Positions 13,530 through 26,362 of a stretch of 64,000 nucleotides of DNA are shown here, piece after piece. The translations under genes and the position numbers were made by a program. Below the pieces are notes generated by a model that was not told where the DNA came from, did no database searches, and worked only from the letters and a program-made list of their open reading frames with translations. How positions within the stretch are numbered: position 1 is the stretch's first letter; every line of letters begins with the position of its first letter. The DNA is from Takakia lepidozioides (taxonomy: Eukaryota > Plantae > Bryophyta), in contig CM060734.1 in NCBI GenBank assembly GCA_030704615.1, positions 39,866,001 through 39,930,000 on the forward strand, read 5' to 3'.

Positions 13530-16500
13530 ACATGGGAGCTGGGGAGGGATCGCAGGGGGGCGAGGCAACATAGTCAACTTTGGATACTCCTGCCCGGGTG
13601 CTGCGCTCACAAGGTGGAAGTGCATCGAGGCAGGCGAGTCCTCATTCAACACCTCAGATATCGCCTCAGAAAAGCCCACCTAGAGTTCGGAAGCCGAGGA
13701 AGCAGAAGGAGCCCATGGCTTCGCCAGTAAAACCCCTAGGGAGACTGGAAGCGGAGATATTGGGTTTGCAGTCAATTTCAGAAAACACGGATGCGGTGGA
13801 GGCCGCTGGAGATGTGGGAGTCGGATCTGCAGAAGGGCGGCCCATTCAGCTGACAGAAGGAGAGGACGATAACGTGGTATGACTTGGCGACGATCAGAAC
13901 CTGCTGGAGCTTGCGGAGGAGCAAAACCTCCAGGACAGTAGTCAGGCTGGTGAGAGGGGTGAGGGAAGTGACAGAGGTGATAGAAGTAAGAAACTGGTGG
14001 CGGGTATGCTCATGAGCGCACGAGACATGAACATAGCAGCAAACAGGTTGCTGGCAGAGACTCATAGCAACATAGGCCGCGTTTTGGGCTCCATGGTGTA
14101 TCCGGAGAACCTCAAAGTTCCTTTGTGTCGCATGGTAAGCCTTCCAGTTGTAAGGCAAGCACTGCCAGGAGATATCGATCGACTGAAGCACAACTTCAGA
14201 GAAGGGTACAGACGGGGGTCGGCAGCATTCTACGTTTCCATTGAAATGACCAGGGTGTCACAAGGGGCCCCACTGCAGAGGAGCTTCAGAATTGGGGCCC
14301 CCACTGGCACACTGTTAATGCCGAGTTTGAAGCCTATCTGAAGACTAATCCCACATTCGCACACATGGAAGGGAAGATGTTCTTCGTTTGGGACGGGAAC
14401 CACAGGATGCTTGCCTGGACAGAGTACATTGCTGAAATGCATCCGCAAGATATCAGTTGGCATTACATGGTGGACTGCATTGTCGTGAAGGTGGACGTCA
14501 GGGACAGAGGACTGTTGAAGGGTGCCTGGGCGGATATAAATCTGTAAGTATACAATTACATCCTTGTGTACTGCCTATTGCGGCGCCGAAATAGGCAATG
14601 TTCACCACTGTCATGCACTCTATGAACTGGAAATTGGATTGCTGTGCCGAAATCATATTTTCATGTTGTTTTTTTCTCCATGGCAGGGTAACAGAGAGGG
14701 CCTTCGTGGAAACTCATCTGGCACATACGCTCTACAGAGTGCAAGAAGTGGGGACAGCTCCGCTGACGGACTTCCAAAAGTCCCTCGATCCCGAGCTGTA
14801 CAGGAAGTCCCTAGCGAAAGCAGATCGCACCTGGTACCGACCAACACTGGACGCCATGGTGGAGATCCTCTATTCGGTGAGGTTCATCTCAAATTTCAGT
14901 ATCAATTTAATGCTATTTGTTGCAGGGATCCGTGGCCTGACTGTATCTGCTGGGTATGTGAATGCGGACGAACATCAGGGATGACTTGGCCTATGCCAAA
15001 AGGCAGTTCTTTGAGAATGATGCCCCAACAAGGCGGACGTGTCGATAGAGAGTCATATTGTGCAGGCAGGGAGGCAATCCCGGACCAAGTACAGGTCCAA
15101 ACTTGTTAAGCAAGTTGCAATCGCTGACCCTGGTCTTGGTGCCGAGTTCCTGGCGGAGATATGACTGCATTACTCCAGACCCATGAAACCGGAAATGTCC
15201 ATTGAGAAACTTCATCACATCGCAGTGACATGTGTTGAGCCGGCGGAGAAGGTAAGCATGTGTTTATTCTTGTTTTGTGACTTCTCGCGATTCTTATGTT
15301 GGAGTTCTTGTCTGACCGATGTGAGGTGGCTGCAGACGAGGTGGCTGCGAATCTGGAACGGCCATACAAACACGAAGCTGCTGTACCACTTTCCCATCGA
15401 GCCAACAGACAACAAAATGAACGACTGGCTCAATGTGATGACTTGGTGGCATCAGGTATAATTTTCTCCTATTCTGTGTTGGACATCGTCGCAATTTCAA
15501 AATCATGAATGTTTTGGAAACCTGCCATGCTGCAGGTATTGACCCATGCCCAGGAGCAATTGGACTGCAACACCACCACTTTCAAGTTACAGATCGACTG
15601 GACGAAGCCTGAGACAAGTGCAGTCCTGGCGAGGGCGCTTCGCAAACCTCTTTTTCAGAGAAATTGCAAAGGCAAGACGCAGCGTATATATCGAAGAGCA
15701 GGAGGGTGCCGACAAAGCGGCAATGTGTGTCCTGTTCAGGTAATCTGCTGCCAATGCATCCCCCTATTTGCAGTTTAGATGATTTGGCTAAGCAGCGATG
15801 GATATTGCGGCGCCGAAATATACCTCTGCAAGATGTGAGTTCTGGGTAATTGGGGCACGGTCCACTACGTATTTCGGTGCCAAAATACCTTGTGCATTGA
15901 CAACTTCCACTTGCATGATGCATCGGTAGAATGATTTTTGTTGAACTGCCTCGTGATTGCAGGTACATAAACTTTGCACTCATTCCGTCTGGAGCCATTC
16001 AAAGGGTTCCACCATTCTTCCTGGCGTGGAGGACACGTGGAGGTCGTGGAACGATGTACACAGAAGTAATGGCGAAGGAGTGGCATGCCGAGCATTTGGT
16101 AGACTGTCCCTGGTATGTGGATCTCCCAAGTGGGACCGTTGACCTCTCGGAGGTTAACTTGAAGAAGGAAGCGAATGCCAGGGCTATGAAGGCGCAATCG
16201 GATCCCCAACTAAAGGACGCGGAAAGACTGAAAGCAGAGGAGGCAGCCAAGCAGAAAGCACTGAGAAAGTCAGCCAAGGCGGCAGTGTTGGCGAAGGAGC
16301 AGATGGAGAAGCAGGCAGCTGAGCAGCCCAAGGACAGGAAGAAAAGAACGCGCAAACAGGGGCAAGAGACGAAGACCCCTACACCCAAGAAGAAGAAGCA
16401 GCAACACAGTCAGCCAGATGAGGAGGATTCCGACGACGATTTCCAGCAGGAAAACACCCAGGGGGCCACACCTCGTCTGAAAATTCACAAGGGCCAGCGC

Positions 16501-18428
16501 TCCGGGGGGTCGGCTGCGAAGAGATCACTATACAAGGATGCACCTGGCAGACCCTACCGTGCGGTGCACATTGTGGGCAGGGAAGTCCTCAAAACACCCA
16601 CAATTGTGGAGTGTGTTAATGAAAATTTCCTAACTGCTCTGACCAGAAGGCTGGAGATAACGAGATTGAGGAAGACGATCGAGGTCCACCAGGGGAAGGG
16701 GAAGAGGAAGGCCACTGGCAATGATATGGAGGACACTTCTGGCTACACAAAGATGATGGAGTATTTTGTGGCGATGAGCCACGGCAAAAAGAGCACAGTC
16801 GGGGGCAGGGCGGTGAAAGCCTCCATCAACATGATCCTTGTGGATATCCCGGATGGGCAGGAGATACTGGGGCTGGGCTCAGTACCCTGGTGGAACAAGT
16901 ACGACGAAAGATACTGGAGCCACACATTCGGGTTTGCAGCCAACATGTTGGACGACGTTGCTGTGTTGTTGTGCTAGCAGCCGATGGAGAAGTCACTGAG
17001 AATGATATCAAAGTATGGACGGGGAGAAGTGCAGCACCCATCCTGAAAAAGATCTGGACTTGCATCAACACGCAGGGTCTTCTCAACGATGGCCAGAAGG
17101 TATGCTGTGGTTCTCCTCTGCTATGTCAATTTCTTCGCCGAAATTGCCCCTGTACGTGTAGGCCACCTCTGACGTTTTCATTTCCTTCTCTGTAGACTCT
17201 TATCTTTCAGGCATTTTGCTTCGTGAAGGAACATTCGAAATTCAAATTACGTGAAGCAAGAAGACTTGTTGATTCCACAGTTGATCCACTGGAGTATAAC
17301 ATCCTGTTCAACCATGTGGGAGAGAAGGACATTCTTTGTGATTTGTCGGGCAAGCCATGGAGGTATGGCAGGACCAGGAGTCCTGCATTCATCCAGACGC
17401 TCATGGAAACGTGTACGGATGTTGAAGGCAGGGTCCTCGACGTCACTGCAAATACAGGTGAGAACGTTAATTGAATGCCGCACCGAAATTGACACCATTT
17501 CCGTTTGTGTATGTTTGCTTGTGCGAGGAAGCGACTCATTCTTGAGTTTGGCTGTGGTTGTGTCGTATGAATTCGCAGGTGCCTTTATGTGGGCGGGAAG
17601 GATGTCGAACCGATTTGTGTTCTCATTTGAGGGGGATACGGCCTTGTACGATTACAATTTGGCGGGCCTTCAGCGTCTGCCTCCGACTGAGGATCCCAAA
17701 AACGCAGAAGAGGACGTGGAAGGAGAGGAGGAAGATGAAGAGGAGGAAGTCCAGGAAATTCGTTCGATGCAGGGGCGCCCGAAGCCGCTTCCCCCAATGC
17801 CTATCTTCGAGTGAGTTGCACCATAGTAAGTGTATTGGTTTCGGTTGTAGGGACCATGCAACTTGCCGATGATTCCCTGTTTGAATTCTCTAATGTAATT
17901 CATTCTATGTTTGTGCGTACACTCAGCCTTGCAGAGTCGTCCGACGAAGAGAAGCTGGGAGACTTGCCCGAATCGGACCCTGTTGTAGAGGAGGAGACAG
18001 AATCGCATCGGCCATTCTTTGCCAGAAAATCGTTTCTCGCGAGTCCCCAGAAGCCCTTTTTTCTACCAGCCTATGCAGACACGGCTGCCAGAGAAGCCAT
18101 CAGGAGGGAGGATAGGCCTACTCGGTTAGAGCAATTGACATACGGGAATGAGCAGAGAATTATAGTGAGGCGTGAGGCCAAACATAGAATTGTGAAAGGC
18201 AGAGTAGGGAAGTTCGTAATAGAATCCGCGTCTGAGAGCGAGGGGAATGTTGAGGACACTTCCGCACCCAGGTGGACAGTTTCGGCTGGTGAGGATGGTA
18301 TTTTTGAGGGGAGGGCTTCTCAGAGTAACAGCGGTAGCGGCAGAGCAGGTTCGGAGGCAGGTGGAAGGCAGCCATCCTTGCATGAGGCCGGGGATGCATC
18401 GGACAGTGATAGCGGATCCTCACCATAG
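13530..18428 (+). CDS. Multi-exon accessory gene: ParB/Srx-like domain, charged linker and beta-class (N4-C/N6-A) methyltransferase-like domain; some frameshifts, start uncertain
   Basis: LKVPLCRM...VRQALPGDIDRLKHNF...FFVWDGNHRMLAW (ParB-like, ~14110-14420). INMILVDIPDG in the motif IV position (~16825-16860). After splicing intron 17458-17578: RSPAFIQTLMETCTDVEGRVLDVTANTG/AFMWAGRMSNRFVFSFEGD (motif X-I-II-like). Other GT-AG introns at 14544-14686 and 17100-17195. Confidence 0.65.
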
Positions 18429-19058
18429 CAAAGTCTCATTTGGATCCTTTTGTTGTACAGTTCTGAAACACTTAATGAAAATATTGACGATTTGAAAAAT
18501 CATTGTGTTCAGACTGCTTGTCCGATTCCCTACATTTCTTCCATCAACCAAAATGTATAATAAAAGCAGAAGAGACGCAAACTTCAGTGAAGAACCCTAC
18601 AAGTAATTCATGCACACCATCGAGCCGGGAACTTGAAGCCATGAAAACCCTGCCGTTTCTAACATTCATATTGGGAAATTTGGTGCCGAAATAGCCCAGT
18701 GCGCGCCTTCGTTATATGGGCCTCAAAAATTCCACGGATGAATTACTGCACCAAAATATCGCGATGGAAGCCTTCAGCACAAGGCACTTCAGCACATTCC
18801 ACTTGGGTATTTTGGCACCGAAATAGCCCGTTCTGCGCCATCAAATACCGCACTATATCACATTTTAAGAGGTAATTTCGGTGCCGAAATACCCCGGTGG
18901 ATGTCTTCAAAACACCATTTCAGCACACTGCTCTTGGGAATAACGGCGCCGAAATACCTCATTCCGCATCCTGGACCAGGAGAAACAGACCCTATTACCG
19001 AGGTAAGAGGATATAACACCGTCAATAAAGGCAGGAAAATTCCAATTCCGCGGATGCC

Positions 19059-19106
19059 CGCTCATGAGCTCATAGGCTCATAGGCTCATGGGCTCATGCG
19101 CTCATG
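19059..19106 (+). repeat. Subterminal 8-bp tandem repeat (GCTCAT core x6) at the putative right end of the MULE
   Basis: cgctcatgagctcataggctcataggctcatgggctcatgcgctcatg, then AAATAGTAAACCTC and an abrupt switch to transposase sequence. Confidence 0.75.
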
Positions 19107-19119
19107 AAATAGTAAACCT

Positions 19120-21158
19120 CTCCCGGGAGTGGTGTTGATCTTGTGCGTCGCATGAGTGAGGGGGATCTACGCACAAGTTGGGTAGTATTTGACCATGTCA
19201 AACGCATCAAGGATTTGACAACTCTTGCGTGTCATGTCTATGAACCATATGTCAAGCGAATGATGACCATTGTCATTTGCAATATGAAAACAGAGGATGC
19301 AGATGCTCAGGTGTTATTCTAGGAGATGATCAATGAACAAGCAAAACTTGCTGACTTGAACAAACCAAATTTTGCTGGCTTCATGGCGGATGCAGCAGGA
19401 GCGAATTGGGCTGCTATTCGAAGGGTTTATGGATCTGATCCCAATGTCCCAATGGAAGGTAAAGAAAGAACATGTTTATATCATTGGGCTGAAAGCCTCC
19501 GAATACACACCAACGACTATATTTTGGAGGACTTCCGTGAAAGGCACACTCAGCTCTGTTATGAATGGAAAGATAGTGCTACCTTGGAGGATGCTACAAC
19601 CACATACATTGCAATTCGGGCTTGGTGGCTCTCTTCAGGAGCATGCACAGAAAAGAGTCTGCCAAAACTGGATTCATGGCTTGCATGGTGGCACTACAGA
19701 TATCGAATGTGGGGCCAATGGATGAGAGATGACATGGATGTGCAGGCAGATGCAAATATGCCTACCACTAATTTGTCGGAGGCAGTCCATTCTGCTTGGT
19801 GGAAGACAGCAGGCAATGGGAAAAAAATGAAAGTGGATCTATATGAGGCCACCATGCATGACATGTCACGAGCTCTTTTGCAGCAGACAACATTTTACAG
19901 GCACACCACAGGAAAGACATGGGGGGCGGGGCCCGACAAAGAGGAGCTCATGTTGCGTCAAGCAGCTAGATCTAATAGCCCAGCAAAAATGGGTAAGGTT
20001 GTACGTGATATAGTAGCTGGAACACCCATGCACACAAGGGGGTTTCATTTTGAGGGAGACAATCGCACTGTTCCAGTCAAACGCAAGTTAGGCGATGAGC
20101 ATGGTGGGCCAAACGAATCTTGGAGGTGTGATATGAATGTAAAGACCATTCCAGTGCGCGCCACTGGGATGCCCAGTCCACACCAACCATCTAGGTTTGT
20201 CAGCTCCAAATCAAGTCATGACATTCCTGGTTCTTCGACTTTCTGTGAGACAAATCCACATGTTGCTATCCCTCCTCAGCCAATGCAATGGGGAAATCCA
20301 GTGAGAGAGACACAAGACTTTTCCGATGCATTGTTCAGGATTCAGTGGACAGGTCCTGCTTCCATGGTTCGTTGTTTTGCCTTGGTTGGAGTTTCCAAGG
20401 ATAAATGCAAAGCGCTCATCAGGAAAGGTAAAGGAAGTCATGCACCTTGCTTCACTGGCAAGTTACTAGCACCGAACATGAAAAAACCAAAACTGCAAGT
20501 TTTTTGGTTTTGCCCCACAGATGTTTTGTCGTGTGTTGGAGGGACCGTGCCATCCTATTGCTTGGGAAAACCGGGTATACCTAACGTGTGGCCTGTGAAG
20601 GTTGGAACCAACCTTACACAAGAAGAGGTGGACAACTTGACCTTTGCAGGTTTTCGACTAGTCCATCCTCCCAACGTTCCTGATCCGAACTTTCCTGTGG
20701 GACCACTTCCAGTGGAACAACATATTCATCAAGGTGTTGTCCTTCCTGTGGGTAAGTATCCCACTACACGCTATGGGGTGCGCATTCGGCGTCGGGATTC
20801 GGCTCCTCGACACTTGAGTCGCCAAGAGTCAGCGGAGACTCTTATTGCTGAGGTTCGTGGATTCAGAAACGTGCCTCAGCCAGGTTATGGGAGAATTTAC
20901 TAGCTACAAACAGAGGGATCTACCAGAGCAGGATTGGTTTACAATGTATACATTGGTCAGTTTCCATCTTGTGATTGTCCCGACTTTGATGAGCTATCTG
21001 TCAAGAAGAAAAAACAAATATATCTACCTTGTAAGCACATGTACTTCATGTACAACGTGCATCTAGGATGCGCCGGGGCTTATGAGATCCACCAACCTTC
21101 CCTTAGCCAGTTAGAGGTTAGGGCTATGGTAAAGAAGGACCCTAGGTCAACTTCTTAG
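19120..21158 (+). pseudogene. Second MULE transposase (5'-truncated, in-frame stops), paralogous to 7493-11189
   Basis: PGSGVDLVRRMSEGDL, FMADAAGANW, RTCLYHW, TTNLSEAVHSAW, WLAWWHYR, SWIM CDCPDF...CKHMY. TAG stops at ~19320 and ~20901. Confidence 0.9.
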
Positions 21159-22099
21159 TGACACATGAAATGCACAAAAAAAGAACCTCTAACTTGTGCC
21201 GTTCATTTTCATGCATGTGACATGTAATTATCTTGTTACTACTTTATTCCAAACATGACACATAGCATTTGTTAGTACAAAAGTTCCTATTTTGGTTAAA
21301 ATGGAACTTGTGTACCTGTCATACAAGTTTTTAAATTATAGAACTGCTTGGCATTACAAACAGACATGCAATGTGGTGGTTCCAAACATGACACATATGC
21401 ATTTGTTAGTACAAAAGTCCATATTTTGGTTAATATGAAACTGTTTTCCTTGAATACAAGTTTGCAAACTATTACTTTGGCCAGGGATCTTGTATTCTCT
21501 TCAATTTAAGTTGGTGCATTAGTTGGAGTTAAGGGTGACATGCATCTTTGACCATTGACTACTGATTTTGTTAGCTAAGATTTTTTATTTATTTTTCCCT
21601 ATATACATATGATGTATCATTTGCATATGCAATAAATACGTTGTATTCTATGTTATATAACTCCACTGCATATAATCTACAATGTGTGCATACAAATTTG
21701 TCACATGCATATATAATAAGGGATTTTGTGCATGCATGCACGCAACCTGTGCATATGGAATAGCAACCCCCCCTATTAGGATTTCTCTCGATGCTTTGGT
21801 GATTTGGCGATCAGTCTTTTGGATGATCGTGGTTGAACTGTGATGTGCTAGTGTGTATGGTGAAAGTAATGTTGTAAGATAGGATGTTGAAAATTTGTGG
21901 TCCTCTCATGGTACTTCATTCTGATTTAGCTTATGGTTAGATGTTTGTTGTGCATTAGTGCTGCACTTCGGGTTTGTATTGGCTTATGCTTTAAGGCGTG
22001 AATTCTTTGATCATGAGCTATACCAAATGAAGCAAGGATTTGTGACAGGAGATCATCAGATGCAGATACTCATATTCACCCTTACTAACACCCATTGAT

Positions 22100-22835
22100 T
22101 CCTGCTTATGTGGAGTAGATTCATGGATGATCAGTTGCATGCAGCGCTACTTGAGAAATGTCAAACAGAACATTCGCCAACAGGGATCCTTGAGAAGTTT
22201 TGCAAACAAATTCTCTATCACCAGTCCTCTTCTAGTCCTCCCACAAATTCATGGATGGGAAGTTGTTCAAGGAATGTGTTAGAGGTGGGGACCCTTGTTA
22301 TCCGGAGGTACCACTACGGAGCCAGTTGGACACCATTTTGGATCAGTTCCATTGTTCTATGTATTCAAAGGAACACCTTGGCATTAATAAAACCACCGCC
22401 CGCATTCATGAGGTATACTATTGGAAGGTGAATTTAGCGTGACGTGACTTTGTTCATTTCTAAGTGTGAAAGATATCAATCTAAGGTGGTGTTTCCTCGT
22501 GTGGGGGTAACCCACGAACTTTAATATCTCCCTATGACTCATGCATTTGCTAGAGTTGGGCTAGATATGGTCGGTCCTCTCTTACTCATTGCCAAAGGTC
22601 ATAGTTACTTTGTGTAGCAACTGACTATCTAACCAAGTGGGTGGAGGTCCGTTGATCCATTCACACTTGGGATTCCGATAGCGTTGCACAATTCTTCTTT
22701 GACGAAATCATCATGCGTCATGGCTGTCCTACGGAGATCCTTACAGATGACGGTAAGAATTTTGCAACCAACTGTTGTCTATCTATGCTTTAACTTTGGC
22801 ATTTAACATGTGACTACACACCTTATCATCCTTTG
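22100..22835 (+). pseudogene. Heavily degraded gypsy-type integrase fragment
   Basis: Frame-broken motifs EHLGINKT, RVGLDMVGPL, DYLTKWVE, HGCPTEILTDDGKNF, TTPYHP. Confidence 0.75.
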
Positions 22836-23501
22836 ATGAAAAAAAAGACAATCCAGCAAGGAGGAATCCGGTCACCATATATGTGATGGTCCCCGTCCCC
22901 CCTCAAATGAGTCCACTACCCTACTACACATGATATCCTCCACATGCTTTATTAAAAACCTCTTTAGGGAAAACCCGACACCTACAAGGTAGGCCTAGGA
23001 CAAAACCCCAAAGGAGGAAAACCGTGCATGGGAATACATGTGATACCATGTCCTACCGTTAAAATACAAAGTCTAAACTAAGAATTCTAAAATTGCGCCA
23101 AAGGAAGATAAAAACTAACTAGCTTCTGGTACTACAACAACATTGCCCTTGAGAGAAAGAGAGAAAGAGCTGCCGAACGCCTCTCCACGTTAATACAAGT
23201 TAGGTAAAAAAACGAGTTCTGAATGAACCGGGTCCGTGAGATGTACAGAATCATCATGTGGAGGAGTTTGAAATCCCTGTGGTAAGATCAAAGCACGCTG
23301 CCCACGTAAAAGTTGATACAACAAATATGGACCATCAATTTTAAAGTTTAGTTTTGCATGTATGCGTACCATCCTGACAGGGGGCCATCCTTGTTATATT
23401 AAGTATTGACGGCGGCATACCGTTACGGCTACGTTAATGTATATACGTGCAGCTAACGATGATAGCTGCAAATTGACATTAGCTGCAAATTGACATAACC
23501 G

Positions 23502-23911
23502 AGGGTCACCCCCTTGCGCAAAGGTCTACCGCTACCTTATCCCGTGGCAAACCAACCTAACTGAGGGTCTGACATGATGACTAGTTTTGTGCTTGGTGAA
23601 ATACGGCGTTTCTCAACCATGTGCACAAGAATGATGGGGAAAGTATAGCCTGGACCAAGCATGCAACGCAAATGCAGACATAGGTACCTTGAGATGAACT
23701 AGACATGCAGAATCTGAACGTGCCAGTGTGTACAGAAATAGTCTCACATCCTCTCTACACCAACACAGAACACATACTTATAACCCCAACCATGGGATCA
23801 AACTCATCAACATGTGTCCAGAGAAGAGAGGTCAGCCAGATTTCTTGGAATCCTGCCCCTTCATTCTGCGGGATAAGGCAGCGGTAGACCTTTGCGGAAG
23901 GGGGTGACCCT
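23502..23911. mobile_element. MITE-like element with ~42-bp imperfect terminal inverted repeats
   Basis: AGGGTCACCCCCTTGCGCAAAGGTCTACCGCTACCTTATCCCG at 23502 and its near-perfect reverse complement ending at 23911. No TSD seen. Confidence 0.6.
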
Positions 23912-23968
23912 TCCTCAATTTTTGGCGAGGCTTCAAGCGTGTCACTTGTGTATTTACGATGCTATTAA

Positions 23969-24624
23969 CCCTTAAACGCCCACGAGGCCGAAACTGGGCC
24001 TCGAAAGATTTTTCAGGAGCCATAACTTTTTCAGATCTTGAGCAAATTTTGAAAAATCAGGGCCGTGGATTTTCTCCCATCGTCTAGTTTGCAGATGGGA
24101 ACCCTCATAGCCCTAATTCCTTATTAGCTAGTTGCAATAGCAAATATTCTGGAGGGGGGTATGTGGCGAAGCGTGGAGGTTCCCCCGTAGTGGTTGTGCA
24201 GGCTCCAGTTCCCGCACGTTTGCAGGCGGTCTGACACCCCTGCTTTGACCAACCACCAGCAGATGTACACTTGGCCAATTTGAGCACTTTTTGGCTTGTT
24301 GGATGTAGGATGTGGTGGGGATGACCAGTGAAATGCATCAGCCCAATCGAGTTCCATCCCATCATCCAAATTTCAGGAAAACCACTTGCAATCTTATTTT
24401 TATTTCTTTTTGCCCCAAAAAATGCACCCCACATGCAACGATGGCGTTTTTCTGATTTCCATCCGATTGGCCTGGAATTTGGCAGGTGTATGCAGGGGGT
24501 AGTTAGGAAGATAATGTCCGGTCAAATTTCCAAAATCCCTTTTTCCCTGGAAATTACAGGGTTTTTTCATCCCAGGGTTAGTGATTTTGGGAAAAGTCAA
24601 ACTTATAGGGTGGGCGTTTAAGGG
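23969..24624. mobile_element. Non-autonomous piggyBac-like element (656 bp)
   Basis: TTAA|CCCTTAAACGCCCAC ... GTGGGCGTTTAAGGG|TTAA: perfect 15-bp TIRs starting CCC, with TTAA on both sides. Confidence 0.88.
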
Positions 24625-26204
24625 TTAATGCAAAATGAGAGGCTTACTAGTATACTACAACTATTGCATTATAGGCAACCTGGCTATAAAAAGGGAATCA
24701 GTGGGTCAACCGGTCCTATACCGAGACTATAGCCAAGACTTTCGACCAAGTTACAGACCTCATAAGGTGTCACACTTTCCAAATAAAAGATATGAGTTCT
24801 TTGTGATGAAGTGACACCTTATTTTTCGTTTGCTTCAGCATTTTTGTGTTTTTTAAAATAAAATAAAATTTCATCTTTTATATAAGATCAAATATGTTAT
24901 CTCTTAAAACATCCTTGGATATTACTCAAGTGTGATGTATTTGAGTGGCACTTTTATGCCATGGAAAGTGCCAATTCCACACACATAAAGTGCATTAGTC
25001 ATATTGGTGAACAAAACCAGTGATGACATAGATGGAAGCGCCTCATTTATTTGCTTAAGGTAATTGATATATTTCTCAATTGCCTGTTTATACAATGTCA
25101 TGCTATTAGTTGGGCTTATTCAGAAAATGAGATATTTTCCTTATTTAGATATTTTTTTAATTATAAAGACACATCACTACAAAATGGATGATAAATGAAA
25201 AGACATCATCCATGCCAGGCAAGGCTTAACGTAGGCGATGGGGTCGATGGCATCAAGGCTCATGGTCTTTCCTGACCAATAAACTTCACTCCCTTCCGCA
25301 CCTGCCGGTATGTAACTATAGCTAACCGCAATGCTGACCGTGCCACTGGGTCGTTGATTCCACACCCAACTCCGACTTGACTCTAGTCCTATTTCACAAG
25401 TCAAGAGAGAGGGAGTAGTCCAACCGACACCAACGGGAAAAAGTGGCACTCCCCCTGGCCAGCAGGGTTTTCCCCGTCAACGCGGTGTCACCCGGAGATC
25501 GCTGCAGAGAGCCTGCACAAAAGTAGCCTATATGCTCACAAAGGTTCGAAAACGAAAGCAAATCCTCGGAATTTTTGCGGACTATAACACAACCGCTCAG
25601 CGATGACAAGTGACTACCTTAGTGTCGTCAGTCGCGCATTTCGAATCCTACGACGTCTGCCTGACTCTGCCCGCGGTGACCCACCGCACACGCCGTAATA
25701 CGACACTCATGTTTTGCGGTGTTTTTTGCCCAACGCTGATGACGTTTGGTCAAAACACAAACCGCGCTTGCAAATGGGTGTTGATGATCTGGCGGAGTGC
25801 TGGTACATAGACAGCCGGGTCTGATATCCCCCTCACTGGCCTGTTTACTACCAGACTGCTCTGGTCTTTATATTCCAGTAAGCCTTCGCCGTAGACCTAC
25901 TGGACCAACGTTGAAACTCTATTTTCAGGGCCACTCTTTTAGATTAATTGATTTCTCAATGAGAGAAAATGAGAGGCATTTTCAGGCTGGTGCCAGTTGT
26001 ACAAAACAAAAGTTAATTGTTCTGATAAAGTAAAAAGTACAAAGCTACAGGGCACTGCTCCCATTTCAGTTTTTGTTTTTTAAGGATAAAAATGATTGAC
26101 TGCGTACTTGGGCTTTTGCCCTTTCCTTAACAGAAAAAAAGATAAAAAAATTAAAAATTAAAAAACCAATCCCTTTAATTGTTTTTTTTTATCTCAGAAA
26201 TGTA

Positions 26205-26362
26205 ACACAACCGTCACGGTGGTAAGCCACTGGCGTACAGGCCTTCGGGTCTGGGGTTCAAATCCCTGTCATCTGTCTCTCTGCCTTCAGGCTTGGGCTC
26301 TGCCCCTGTAATGCCTCCATGGCTCAGGGGTTTTTCCAATACCAAAAAAAAAAAAAAAAAAA
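26205..26362 (+). mobile_element. Putative tRNA-derived SINE
   Basis: B-box GGTTCAAATCC, weak A-box, GC-rich body in AT-rich DNA, ~19-nt poly(A) tail. Confidence 0.5.

Larger units (their letters stand above)
6623..19120. mobile_element. Mutator-like (MULE) DNA transposon with a divergent transposase and accessory gene; ends approximate
   Basis: Contains a MULE transposase (-), an accessory gene (+) and one palindromic motif found from ~7230 to ~18960. PPR homology stops at ~6622 and a different transposase copy starts at ~19120. No convincing TIR pair or TSD found. Confidence 0.7.

Noticed and set aside
22835-23500. Possible LTR relic with a TGGTATCA PBS on the minus strand (~23041-23048)
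   Set aside because: The PBS match is short, and no partner LTR or clear boundaries are visible.
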